Origin: Octopus bimaculoides
Taxonomy: Eukaryota
Length of the DNA stretch: 64,000 nt
Assembly: GCF_001194135.2 (NCBI RefSeq)
Contig: NC_068985.1
Location: 40,251,447-40,315,446 of the forward strand
Reading direction: 5' to 3'
The translations under genes and the position numbers were made by a program. The notes below the pieces were generated by a model, which worked only from the letters and a program-made list of their open reading frames with translations, did not search any database and had not been told where the DNA came from. Positions 11,961 to 25,813 of the stretch are shown here, in pieces. Within the stretch, counting starts at the first letter, position 1. Each line of letters opens with the position of its first letter.

Positions 11961-14900
11961 TTGCCTGTTTTAATTTTGTTTACTTTTCAAAGTTTATGTA
12001 GCTGTTTAACCTAGATCAGTCCTAACTGAGCAGACCTATAATCAAAGCATTCCAATCACGACCATAGCATGTTTCTATCAGGAATAGCAAATCTAAGACT
12101 ATATCAGCCAATATGCCCTTTCCATTCATGATTTCAAGTTGTAATTTAAGGGAAATTTGATTGCTCTATCTAGCAGGGTGAGCAGTCATTTAAACACTCA
12201 CATTTTGGCTTGTTTTAAAGTGATTGTTTACAAATATATACTGGCTAATAATGTTCCAGGTGTGCATGGGGAAATATGGTTTGTGTGTGTTCTTAAAGTG
12301 TCCTAAGAAGAAAAAAATATTAAGTCTGACATTTTTAAATAAGTGACATTGCAACCTTCATCAGAAAAAAAATATATATATATTTTACAAATAGTAATAA
12401 AAACAAAAATTAACTCAATTTTGCTGAAATTAAAATAGTATAAGATATTTGACCCAAATAAAAATGTTAATGTCTTTTTAAATATCAGCATCAAAATATC
12501 ATATTTAAATTGTTATCCTTTCTTTAAGACTAATTAATTACTGCTTGATTGGTAAACTCACAACTTTGAAATGTTTAAATGCCATGCTGACATCTAAAAT
12601 AGCTTAATATCTTTCAGCAGAGAAATTAAATTAGCTAAACTAGAATGCTGAGTACGTTAAATGTTTGCCATTTCCTCTCTGAGAAATGAGATCATATCCC
12701 AAAATAAGTACCATTCTGTAGTCATTCAGTAATGAAATTTTAAAATAATTTTGATATATGTTATTCCCTCAGCTTCTGCAACTCAATACTGTTATTCACC
12801 AATATTAGTTTTCTTAATGAAAGATATACATGTTGAGTGAAAAGATTCAGAAATATTTAATATTCTTGAAGATATTACTAAAGATTGTAAAGATCTATTA
12901 TAAGATTGGTTCATATGGAGAGTTTCATTGGTGAATGTCTCATAACCTATTAGGGAACCATTGAAGACATTTATTTTCAGGCAATATATCTGAATTTATT
13001 AATTCTTTCCCTTAACTTTATTTTTTCTGTATGCTCTCTATTGTATACATCAAGACACTGATGTAAAAACATTCTCTTGCAACATAAATGAGATGTGTAT
13101 ATAACTTTTGTTTTCTTGTGTGATCACAGATTTCTATCAATAGGTGATCAGGCATTTCCCACCAAAGTTTAATACTTATTCTCAACAGCTAAAAAGACTG
13201 AAGCTATGCAGGATAAAATATTATGCTAGAAAGACAACAAAATGCTTGCAGTAGATGCTAGTTATTTCATCTGCAGATACCCATTTATGTAAAAGTTATC
13301 ACAGATTAATAATTTTGGAGAAACATACAGAATTAACAGGTTACTTCTCTCTTTTTATAATAATAAAAAAAAAATTGTTGCTTATGAAAATATGAGAAGT
13401 GCGGGTTAAGAGCAAATAAAATAATATATTTTTTTACGGAAGAAGTGTAATGCCCATAACCTCTTTGCAAGGCTACTGATGGAGAAACAGAGGATGACTA
13501 GTTTGCCATCTAAAAGCAGGTACAATCCTCTATATGGGCTTTCATAGAATTTACTTTGAGGCATAAGCATAGAAAACAATTGCCCAAAATGCTGCACAGC
13601 GGAATTGAACCTGAAACCACATAGCTGTGAATTAAACTTCTTAATTACTTAACTATGCTTGCCTCCATTTTTTTCTATCTTGATAGTTAAATTTTATTTC
13701 TTTTTAATTTAAATATTACAGTTGCATTGTTGCAATTACATTACATGGATTTTTATTTTCATTACTGTGATCAAGGTTGCAAGATGGCAGAATCATTATG
13801 ATACGGGGCAAAATGCTTGGTGGCATTTAGTCTCTCTTTAGGCTCTGAGTTCAAATTCCACTAAGATCAACTTGCCTTTCATCCTTTCAGGGTTGATAAA
13901 ATATGTAATTGACTTACCCAATCCTCCAAAATTGTTGGCTTTGTGCCAAAATTTGAAACCACTATTATAACTGTGGTTGCCATTAAAATCAGTAAATTTG
14001 CAAAAAAAAAGTTCCATTGAAGGATTGCTTGTAGATAGTGGACATATTTAAAAAATTATGCTATTCAAGTATTCATATCTTAAGATTATAGATAAACTTT
14101 AGTTAGTTGAAAGATGTCTTTCATATAGCTTTGTTGAAAAAAAAAAGGTTGATGCTGAAGCTCAATGTAGTGAGACACAATAAATGACTCATTTCAAATA
14201 CAAAATTTAGCTTGGTTGTCATCAGCTATGTTGTGCATTCTTTACTAAACTAATAATATCACAAGCTTTATGTTTAAATAATTTACTAAGATTGTGCTTG
14301 GTAGTTTATTTAAGTAGCATAATGGAACTATGTATGTAAGTGTGTGTGTGTGTGTACATGCGCACACATGCACATTTTGGTAATACTAAAGTACACAAAT
14401 AACTACTTCTAAAAATGTAAGTAATCATTATTGCCTGCAACATTTGTTTAATAATGTAAGCAAATAACCCTTGACTTTACATTTTCTGGTCTATGAATTG
14501 CTCATTTAGTTGAATATTTTATGATAAATTGTTTTTTATTATTATATATTGGTTGGAGAATGAAATTGTTCACGTTCTGGATTACTAACTGTCTCCACTT
14601 CTACTGCTCCAACCCAACCAATCTTCTGTTTTAAACTGTTATTGCCATTGCATCACGCTTCAAGAGCAGCTACATTATTCTAGTTGACTAGTTTAACTTA
14701 GTTAATGTAATTTCTCCACCACTATTAAATGACTACTGACTTAAGTGGATTAGGAGGGCATTAGATCTACACTTATTTCAATGTATGAATTTGTAAACCT
14801 TTCTAATTTACATATGTGAAAGAAATAAAAACTGTGGCAAGAAAGACTAAGTAGGGTAGTTGGAGAATAGTTGGAAGTTATAAATTATTTGGGGCCCCAT

Positions 14901-16267
14901 CAGCCACCTAACTGCCATTTGGCTCCTTATGTTTTTAAGTTACATTTCATTTGACTGATGATTGATTGCTTCCTAGACAGCATGTACAAAAGAGAAACAC
15001 AAAAACCATAGGGCAATCATAATGTTAAGTTATTGAGCTACTCATTGTGGGTTTAATTTTTGTTTCAGTGACTATACTTAAATAATCTTTTCTACTCTAG
15101 GCACGAGGCCCAAATTTTTTGGGGAGGGGGCCAATTGATTAGATCGACCCCAGTACGTAACTAGTACTTAATTTATCAACCCTGAAAGGATGAAAGACAG
15201 ATGAAATACTGCTTTTCTAAGCCCTTAATTTCAAAATCATTTATCTATCCTACACATATGTAGATGCAGGCATGGCTATGTAGGTAAGAAGTTTACTTCA
15301 TAATGACATGGTTATGGACTTAATCCCACTAAATGACACCTTGAACTATTTTATCTTCTATCATAACTTCAGATTGACTAACAGTTTGTAAAAGGAATTG
15401 GATGGAAATTGTATGGAATCCCATATTCATGGCATATCAACAAAGAATGTAAACATTGGCAAATAAAGTGTTCATTGAGCAAGGTCCACAGAAACTCATT
15501 GTTCCTGCCATCAGAAATGAACCAGTGATGGGACAGTTCAAAACCTGTCATTAACAACAATGTGATTCATTATTGAGATATAAAGTAAATAAATAAAATA
15601 ACTGCATTGGCTTTTTACTAATATATTTTTTTTTTAAATTCCTGGTGATTAGAAAGGATTCAGACAGATTTAAGTATCTTAGGAAGGAACAGAATGAAAT
15701 TTGAACAGTGAATCTTAACACAGAACCCATCAGCCAATAGTTCAATACTACACTCATTTTTGTGTTTACTTCATGTTGAAAATAAAATCAACTCATAAGG
15801 TTAGGTGAAACTTGTTGAAGTAGACTTTCTACAGTCAGATACTCTTCCTGTCTCCAACCTCTACCTGTTTTCCACGAAAGGTATTTTCATACTGACAGTT
15901 CTCACACAACGAAAGTACCAGAGCCATTGACACTTCTCTTGTGCTCAGCCAGTTTTAAAAAAGGGCATGTGAAAATCATTCATACACACATGTATGATGG
16001 AATTCTTCCCAGTTCCTGTCAGTCAAATCCGGCCTCAAGGCATTGGTTGACTCAAAGCTACAGTGGAAGATACTTGTGCAAGGTACCACACAATGGGACC
16101 AAATACAGAATCACATGGTTGCAAAGTGAACTTCATAACCACACAACCATGTCTACACCACAATGAAAATACAAAATGCCTAAAAGCTGCTTCACAGAAA
16201 TTCGCAGTGCACACTTACTTAAGCTAATACAGTAGCTCATAGTAATTAGATATAACCCTGTTGGCTA

Positions 16268-16312
<45 letters not shown>

Positions 16313-16874
16313 TTAGCTCTCAGTGGTCAATACTGATCCAAATATCAACATGATAGAGTTGTCACAGAAATTCTTTTTTTAATAATTGATTGGTCTGTTG
16401 ACACTGTTAAGTAATTATATACTACCCTAACATCCACAACAATTATTATTTGTTTTGTTTTACTTTCCTTTACAGTTTAGACTTTCATTCAAGTGTCCCA
16501 GAGCATAATGTCATGCAATATATAAGCTATGCTTATGCATTAACCATGGTAATGGACGTAGAATTAAATGTTATGCTATGAAGCGTATAATGCAAATTTG
16601 AACAAGAGGTTCTCTTGTAAAGGCCATTGATCAATAAGATATTGATTCATAATATAGAACAGAGAATTAACGATAAAAAACCAGTAGGCTAAAATGGCTA
16701 TAATAAAAAAAACAACTAATTACCTGGCAATCAGTGACTAAGAACAAACGATAAAATTTTGACAGTGTTGCTTTATCTTTTTGTTTATTTTGGAATTAAA
16801 AATGTAATAAACTCTTAAATATTAAAATAGTTTGTTAAAATATATCTAAGTCATATTCATCACATGATGTGCGC

Positions 16875-16943
<69 letters not shown>

Positions 16944-17479
16944 CGCGCGCATCAATCACAAGCATTTGAGTCGTCAACTCTCTATCACAAAATTTTCTTA
17001 ATATTGCCTAACAGCAAAATCCTTATGTGCACAGCATTAATAGAAAGAAAGAACCATAGCCCTGAGTGACTCATAACAGAGCAATGCTTCATTCCATTTT
17101 ATAGTTTTAAGTAACTGTGATAAAATCTATGACAAGTCTAGTACCTGTTCCCAACAGCTAAGATGAACTGAAGCCTTATAGAATTAAATGTCATGTCTTG
17201 GAATAAAGTAAATTTGAACTCAAGAAATCTGAGCTAATGGTTTAGCCATTTCATCTCTAATCTGTATGTTTCCTATACCGGATACAAATAGTGATAAATG
17301 AGATATTTAACATTAGCTTGAAACCAGGAATAACTAAGTTGAAGAGCTCAGTTATTGATGAAAGTTTATGTACTGAAAACTAAACACAAACATTACATTT
17401 TATTCTTAATGTACAATACTTTTTATCGCTACTTGTTTCAATGTATACAGTGTATTGTTTACTCCAATAATCAACACAC

Positions 17480-19280
17480 TTGTTTACAGATGTAGTACAA
17501 CAGAAGCTGGAATATAACTTGGGACATTAAATTATGAAAGAAAAGAAACTTGTGAAAGATATGAAGAAATGTAAGCAAAATATATATATATAGGATTGTT
17601 TTAGCAATAAAAGGAAGACATGGCTCTCATAGGAATGGGATAGTTAGTAAACAGAAGCAAGTTGAAGAAAAAGGTGAACAGAGCAAGCATTTTACATGGA
17701 TGAGGAAGAGGAGTTGTCAATAGCGGTGACCAGTGTATTTGTGAGAAATAAAAAATCTCATTCACACCAGTTTCAGAAGAATGTTAGATTTCACTAATTG
17801 AAAATGAAAAAACAAAACCCTTTGATTTGAGATTAAAAGATTAAACTAAATGCTTTAATGACACATGACAACTTTTGTTGACAATAAGCTTGTTATTCAC
17901 TTAGAACCAGAAATAGAAATACCAGAAGATGAAAAGGATTATTAAAAATATTGATTTCTTATTTAGGTACAACGTTACAGATTTGTGTTAGGGGAATGAG
18001 ATAGAGTAAACTTATACCTTGCTTAATAACATTACAGTATAAATGAAGCGAAGTAAATTACATTTATAGACTTAGTTTTGCACTTAGATTAAAGAAAAGA
18101 AAAATGTTTAAAAGATTCTTTATGACTAAAATTAGTGAAAAAGAATATGATAGTTTATGACAAACTGAAGTGATGCAGCACAAGGAAAATTGCTGTCACA
18201 AAAAAGGAAAATTGCTGTCACAAAAAAGGAAAATATATTTTTAAACTGTAGAATTCTATAAAGATAGGATGATAATTTTATAAAAAAGTATTAGAAAAAT
18301 ATTGTTGATTTTTGAAACTGAGAATAAAAGGGTATCAAATATTTGATTTAACTGAGTTACTATTTTGACGAAGAATTATTCTAAAATTAATATTTAAAAT
18401 AAAGTTGAGAACTATTTTGGTATGGCCTATGAAAAGAATTATTGAAGACAGATTGAATTATCAAATAACTTAAAAAGAAGTACATATGATTAGCTGAGGA
18501 TTTTTTTACTTTTGTTTTTTTATTGTATGAGAAGTGAAAACATAGTACCACAGAAATGAAATATGAAAATTATATAAGTATGGAGAGATAAAAAAGAGCA
18601 AAGAGAAAGATCAAAAACTTTCACTTTTATTTAAAATGAAATAAACAGGTTCATTGAACCACTTATTTTAAGTTCCTTCTGGCTGATGTCAGACTAAAAC
18701 TAATATTTTATTAATACAAAACTATTAAACACAAACATATAAAAGAAATTTAAGATGATGAAAATTTGAAGGTGATTAATAATTATGAGAAAGAAGTTTA
18801 AATTATAAAAGGGGAAGCTGAAGAAAATGATTTCACATATATACCGAAGAAAATGGTTAGTGGAGATGGATGTCAGGTTATGAGATAAATCACAGAAACA
18901 ATGTTGTAAGGAAACTGAAGTTTATGATTAAATAAGAACCTTCTATTGTATGTTAGGAAATATATTTATCTGGAACTGTACAATTATAGCTTTGTTTAAA
19001 GATTTACTCAAGATGTCAATATAATGTGTTGAAGAAGAGAAAAAATATAAACTGAGAGGATGTCTTTAGCATTATAAGGCTGAAATTTTAGGAGGAATTT
19101 AAAAGAAATTAATATCTAATAACAATATTCTGAAACAAAAATTAGACAGCTTCTTATTTCAAAATGAACTGCAAAAGTCCAAATACATGATTAGAGACCA
19201 TAACTAAACAAACTACTAGATTGAAAGAGATGAAATAAAGATCTTATCATCTTACAATCTAGTGACAAGGCTTTCATTTT
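17480..19280 (+). mobile_element. Highly decayed APE-type LINE (endonuclease to RT region)
   Basis: A-rich coding-like strand beginning with an ITWNLGTLN-like APE N-terminal motif. No intact ORF. Confidence 0.4.
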
Positions 19281-20460
19281 TTTTTCTTTCCAAAGAAGGG
19301 CAAGCATCCAAAACTTTATTCTTCCTCATAGCAAAAAAAAAAATACTTCACTATTTGGATTATTTGTATTAGTTTTTGCCAACACAAAACATTCCTCCAA
19401 TTCTACTACTTTGCTCAACTGAAATTTCCTTAAAGGAAAATCCTCAATAACCATCCAAATGAAACTAACTCTTTGAAGATCGGATAAAAAAAAAAAAACT
19501 ATATTTTTTCCCAGAATACTGTTAAAAAGAGTGTTAAAAGAATACATATAATTTTCAATATTTACACTAAAAAGATTGGAAATACTGCACTTTGTTATAA
19601 TGAATCAAATAAAATCCTAATGTTAAACTCAATTTGAATATATTCCTTGTGGATTTGTTCCTATATTATTAAAAACAAACACTAGACAATCCTGTATTAT
19701 AAATTAATTATAAATGTCAGTAGGCAGAAGTATGACACAGATCAAAGTTGACTTTGATATTGAAAGTGTTAATAGATCCAAATATGCATACTAAATCTAA
19801 TTAGTTAATTAAACATCATGTTTTAAGGATTTTTTTTTAAATACCAAACTTGATTACAAGGAATCTTAATATATCTAAATAAACACATGACTACAAAAAT
19901 TGGGTGATGTTCATTCATTTCAAATCCAACATCTTTTACATCAAATTTTGGTATTAGTACAGGAATGTAATATTAGATGCTATGGGATATCAGACAATGG
20001 ATGCATACAATATATTGTAGGTATATTCAGCATGTGCAACAAAATACAAGCAAGTGTATATAACAAAGCTCAAGTATGCACCTGCTTCACGAAGGATTGA
20101 GTCAACGAGATCATTGATCCCAAGAACATCTGAAAGTAAAATTTAATGTAAAGAACATTTACAATATCATGAATAAATACACAGAAAAATATTGTCACTT
20201 CAAGTACATCACAAAAGAACCAAAAGATTAAAAATAATATTGATACTTTCATTAAATATTTTCAATAACGTAATTAGTTTTACATTATACACAAATATAC
20301 ATACACAAAGACATTTTGTTGATGTCTTGTTTTTATTTATAATGAAATGAATGATAAAGACTATGGGATAATGAAGGTTTTGGTGTATATATTGGTCAAA
20401 TATTTTAATTTGTGTAGCACACACAAAAAAAAAAAAAAACAACAGTATGACAAAATTCAT
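19280..20460 (-). mobile_element. Decayed LINE 3' ORF fragment in opposite orientation
   Basis: Short broken minus-strand ORFs (19326..19547, 20070..20252, 20209..20460) with LINE-like composition. Family not assignable. Confidence 0.3.
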
Positions 20461-21690
20461 TAGGAATTACAAAAATATAGCCTTTTTTTTAAGTATGAAA
20501 TCACTACAAATTATGTTTAAAGAGGAATATAGATTACCAAAGTGGCTAGTGATTAACAAATAAGATTAATGGTGTACTCTGAAAAGTTATAAGGAAAGAA
20601 AATATATTCCTTGAAAAGTTATTAATAGAAAGACTAAATATGTAAATATAAAAATAAATCTGAAAGAAAACAACTATAAAAGAACATAGACTATTTAGAG
20701 AATAAAACAACATCCTGCACATGCTTCTGCTCAGTTAACCCTCATGAAAGACAAATCTTTGAAAATAATTTCAAAGAGACACAGATGGTTATCTTTACCA
20801 TAGTTATCATAAATGGTTTCTATTAAATATTTTATTCTAGTTTATTCAAATGTTTTCATAATACCAAAGCTATTTATCACAGCAAGAAGAAACAATAAAA
20901 TATTAATAATAGAACATTAATTCAGAATGAATGACATTCTTTCAAAATAGACACAATTAAACCATAATAAATTAGAGATTAAAAAATGACTGAAAATGAA
21001 AAAATTGGAACCAGTAACATTATAATCTAAAAGAGAATGTAAAACAGCAAGATTAAAAGCATTGAATAGAAATATCATTACATTATTTATTTATTTGCAA
21101 ATTTAAACACTTTGATTTGATATTTTCAGAAATGCTATGTACTTTTCCCCCAGCTTTATTTTTTCTCACAAAGATCCACTAACTTAAACTGATGGGTGAT
21201 ATGTGTAAGCTGCATATTTCAAAGTGTCATCTAGGAAATTAAAACAGTGAAAATAAAAAGTGGATTTCTTCTCTTTCTTTTAAACAAAATATGAGATATT
21301 CTTTATGTGTCCAATATCGGTGGACAGTTCAGATATCAGAGACAAAGTATTACACATATATACCATGTCAGAAAGGTAATTCTCCACAACCACTGGCCTT
21401 TTACTGAGCTATATCTTCTCTCTCTCTCTGTTCTTAATACAGCTACCTCTGATTATCTAAACTTAGCAATTTCACATATGCCCTACCTAAATCCATTTGA
21501 TGTATCTGATTCTTTTCCATGATCCTCAGTGTTTATCACACCTACACCTATTAAATATTTTCCATCCCGCCTTCTACAAAACTACTCCTTAAGCACTCTT
21601 TTCGAGTCCACATTCTATTTTCAAACACTTGCCTACAATTCAAATGCAATATCTACTACATTAGCCTCTCTTGTTTATCTTGTTCTCAAT

Positions 21691-21950
21691 GAGAGAGAGA
21701 GAGGAGAGAGAGCGCAAGAGAGAGAGAGCGCAAGAGAGAGAGAGAGCGCAAGAGAGAGAGAGCGCAAGAGAGAGAGCGCAAGAGAGAGAGAGCACAAGAG
21801 CGAGAGAGCACAAGAGAGAGAGAGAGCGCAAGAGAGAGAGAGCGCAAGAGAGAGAGAGTGCAAGAGAGAGAGAGAGCGCGAGAGAGAGAGTGCAAGAGAG
21901 AGAGAGAGCGCGAGAGAGAGAGAGAGAGAGAGAGAGAGTGCAAGAGAGAG
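21691..21950. repeat. Compound (GA)n microsatellite punctuated by GCGCAA/GTGCAA every 12-16 nt
   Basis: GAGAGAGAGCGCAA-type units repeated directly. Produces spurious ERERAQ/SLSL ORFs. Confidence 0.95.
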
Positions 21951-22699
21951 GGAGGCTAACAAAGCTGAGTACTGTACACCATCTCCAGACTAAGATAACC
22001 CAAAATATATAAATGAAAATTAAATCAGAAAAGTGCTGAATTCAAAATAGCAACTGTATTTGAAAAAGGAAAATCCAAGATATAAGAAACAGTATGGCTA
22101 ATAGATAATTCTGTTAACTCTTCAGAGATTTTGAAACGCTAACAAAACAAAAACCAAAACAACTAATCTTAGAATTACTGAAATGTTGGCCTTCACTTCA
22201 ATTCCAATGCAAGTAATCTACTGTGCTTTTGAACAGAGCACTTACACTTTGTAAGTTCAACAGACTATTTAGGAATAATTGTCATGGTTATCTTTTTTGT
22301 TACTTTTTTTTTATTGATGAACGAGAATATCAGCCTGTAAAGTAGGGGATTAATTTAGTTTTTTATGCTGCTGAATGTAAAGATAATTCTAAGCTGTCAT
22401 TAGACAACAATATGCAAATTAGCTGATCAACTTATGAGTTAAGGAGCATTTCCTATACAGTTAAAAGCTATTATTCTCTTGATAAAAACATTAAGTGGAA
22501 CTTAATGAGCTTGATACTAGTTTTAAAGATAAAACTAGTTTTACAGATAAGAATGTTATTTTTCTGTGATATTGGTGTTTTTGTGGGTGGTGAAGAGTTT
22601 GAAGGAAATTCAAAATAGCTTCTACATGTTTAGGCCTCTATTGGTCAACTTGGGTCAAATAGTATTAATGCTATCAAGGTGATGCCAGTTATTTGTTCA

Positions 22700-23640
22700 G
22701 ATAGGATGTTAGCAGAACACTGATACCACTTTGATGGTGGACTGTATCATACTATATTCAGCAACATCAGTTCCTAGTATTGGACATCACACAAGGTAAG
22801 GCAAGAGGTTGGGGCGAGTCAGTAACTTAGTCACCATTCAGTGGATTTGAACACATTAGCAGCAGCAGTCTTTGTGTAGGAGTAACCATTTTGATGGAAT
22901 ACATTTGAGGTTGCATGACCAACATGGGCGAGCAGTCTATATGGACAGCAGGGATTAAATACCCCTTTCATGGAGTTCATTAGCTGGACCTAGGTTGGTA
23001 TATCTGGGTTGTCAACAGCTAGAGGCTTGAAGTTCATACTTCTGGTGGCATCAATAAAATAATTCATCATTCTTTCTATTGTTGAACACTGTGGGTTGGT
23101 GGAGTATGTATAGTTTCTCGTGAAGACAGAGTTGCCAGTTACAAGCTCCAGGTAAGTAATGTAAGGCTCTATAAAGAATACTTCACTTGATGTTAGGGGA
23201 AGTCATTTTGATGATCACAGAGTCTCTAGACAAAGCAGGACAGGGAGATGGAGTTTTCCCCTATTTCTCCACCTGAAGGAGTGCATATGTTGTGTATACC
23301 TTCCCTTAAAACCATTTTTTGACTGTCATTTCCATGTAGCGTCTTGTGATGTGAGGATGGTTCTAGAGACAGGATCCTCCCAGTGGGAAGTTGATAAGAT
23401 ATTGTTAGATTGTGGGTTAGAGGCTGTGTAGGTGTGGGTTTGCATGAACCTAAAAATAATGAAAATAACTGGTACCACCATAATAGCATTAATACCAAAT
23501 GACCTGACCAATAGAAACTTAAACACCAAGGCATCTTGAATTTCCTTCAAATTCTCTACTGATGAGATGGGTGCATAGAACATGAACCCAAAAGTCATGT
23601 GGAGCTGAGTCATACTGCTATCAAGTACATGTAACTCCAA
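22700..23640 (-). mobile_element. Decayed Penelope-like element including GIY-YIG endonuclease end
   Basis: Across frameshifts the minus strand gives LGSCKPT (cf. SYSCMPN), YMEMT..GFKGRYTQHMHSFR (cf. YIGMT..FKxRYxxHxxSFR), NSISLSCFV (cf. NSTxLSKYIW) and WQLCLHEKLYIL (cf. CxLCLxEKLYI). Confidence 0.7.
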
Positions 23641-23960
23641 ATATGTTGAGTGTTCCTTCCTTTCATTTGTTCACTCACATGTATGTGTGTGTGCGCGCGT
23701 TTGTGTGTGTGTGTGTTTGTGTGTGTGTGTGAAGTATATTAGTTACTGTGGTCTGTGTAAAGGGTTTATCATTCACCCACTTTAATATTATAGAAGCTGA
23801 ATAAGAAAATTGTTTAAAGAGAGCCTCATGATTTATGAAAGGGGTTAGCTTTAAATAATCCATCAGAATGTAAAGAAGTTAAATTTATTTCCAGTTTTGA
23901 TTTGGGCATAAATACAAATTTCTTCACAATAAATTATAGATAAAATAATTTTTGACTGAC

Positions 23961-24036
23961 CATCACGTTTCTCTCCTCTGTGGAGTGTTTTATACATTTG
24001 TTTGTACCAGTCATGTTGATTTTCCTCATCAATATT
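23961..24036 (-). CDS. SORBS/CAP: SORBS/CAP-family gene, exon encoding C-terminal half of the SoHo domain (76 nt, phase 0-1)
   Basis: Acceptor poly-T tttcag|AAT, donor GATG|gtcagt. Reads NIDEENQHDWYKQMYKTLHRGEKRD. WYKxM[FY]KxxH completes SoHo in frame with the 27802 exon. Absent from the ORF track. Confidence 0.96.
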
Positions 24037-25601
24037 CTGAAAAAAAAAAAAAAATCAAATAGATTTAAACATTAGTGTCAACAATAACATATTAGCAATT
24101 GATAAGCAAACATGCAAACAATAACTAAAAACTCAAAGAAACTAAAATGCAGGATATCATAAATCTATCTTAGTTTTCTTGCTAAAGTTTTAATTTATTC
24201 AATTTCAAGTTTTTAAATTTTAAGAGTTTTGTTCATCATTCATCACCTTCATTTTTGCTATAATTTAGCATCCATTTTTTCATGCTGACCCGAGTCATGT
24301 AGTTCTACCGATTAGCAAATTGCCACTCAATTTTTTGCTGTGTAGTTTGTGTATGTGAATCAACATCCTGAATCTAACTTCACTTTTTTCACAGTCTTTG
24401 ATCTTCCTCTGATTTTTTAATGTCCCTCCACCTTTGATGCAAGTTAACATACATATTTAAATGATGACACTCATCTCATTCTCTCACAGCCTCTGCAGAT
24501 CTTCCATATGCAAACACATAGATGAGTGACTGCAATATCCTGCTTTTGCTTACATGTGCAGGGTAACAATCGCAAAAAGCTTAATACCACACCTTACCCC
24601 TCATTGCAGCACAGAAAATAATACTTTCAGTACTATTTACAGTTCGTGTTTTACCATCAATTTTGTGTTTCAAACTTTTTCATTACACTTCTGTGCTGAG
24701 CTTTACAAAGGATAAAATGTGAGTTAAGTGAAATAGCTCAAGGAGATAAAACCAAGTACTAGACTTGAGAAAATTATGGAGTACAACTATTCTAAATGCA
24801 AGCCTTTAAGGTGACCTAACCAAAATTAACATTAAAATGAGTGGGGAATGAGAGAATGCTGATGATGATGTTGACTCTCATCAATTTAAAACTATCTCTA
24901 AGGATTAAGTTACTAGTATTTCAGGTTAGAAGATAAAGCCATTCACTACTGTCAAAGTTGAACCAATCTGCTCTGCATGATTATCTGACCTTAATTTAAA
25001 GACAGAAAGCTCTCTGACAAAACATGGACAAAGTCTTGTCAAAATATTCTTGATTACCAATTTAGTGCAATCTAATATTGTATGATATCTGTTTTGCCTT
25101 GCCAACTATAGCAACAACAGCCTTGGCTTGTAACAGATGAGGTGAGAGTTGGTTGTTGCTTAATGATAACAACAGCAACTTAATATGACAGGAGGCAAAT
25201 GATAGATAACTGGAGTTACAAATCAGAACAATATAATACTAATAGACAAAATAAAGACATGGCATGTATGAAAAAGGCTAAGCCTGCAGTTATCCAAGTT
25301 TATAACTGTTTTTGATTCCATAGATTGAAGCCACTTACACTTCAAAATGTCATGATTATATCTCATTCTTCTCATCTATAAATGATGTGGCCATCAATAT
25401 CATGATTACTGTTACTGATTAAGATGACAGACATAACTGATAGAGTAGTAGACTAACCTAAATGCTTTACATTATCTATCTAAATATACTTTGCCTAAAC
25501 TGAGTCCAATGACAGAATTTCAATATAATTGTGAACCTATTACAAATAACAGCCAAACCTCCCTCAGATCATTTCCATCTAACTTTAGCATCGAGGATTA
25601 A

Positions 25602-25813
25602 CCCTTTAGCGTTTAAACCAGCCATATCCAGCCAGCATATTCTAACTATTTTATGTTCAAACTGACCAGATCAGGCCTCTCACTCTTATCCTACAACATC
25701 ATTCTAAAAATAAATGGTCATATCCTCAAAATTTCAAGATCATGTGTGATTAATTCAAAACAATGTGAATAAATAAGTATTACACGTGATAGAGTAATGT
25801 GAATACTAAAGGG
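25602..25813. mobile_element. piggyBac-like MITE
   Basis: TTAA on both sides (25598-25601, 25814-25817); termini CCCTTTAGCGTT / AATACTAAAGGG. Confidence 0.85.

Noticed and set aside
22100-22130. Strong minus acceptor (ttttggtttttgttttgttag|CG) giving AFQNL* in phase 1
   Set aside because: T-rich acceptors arise often in this AT-rich intron, and no donor or poly(A) signal supports it.
22945-22990. Hammerhead-like CTAATGA-ACTCC-ATGAAA-GGGGT on minus, 3' of the PLE endonuclease remnant
   Set aside because: The position fits a PLE terminal repeat, but G5 is mutated, no GAAA follows stem II and helix I does not pair. Too degraded to call.
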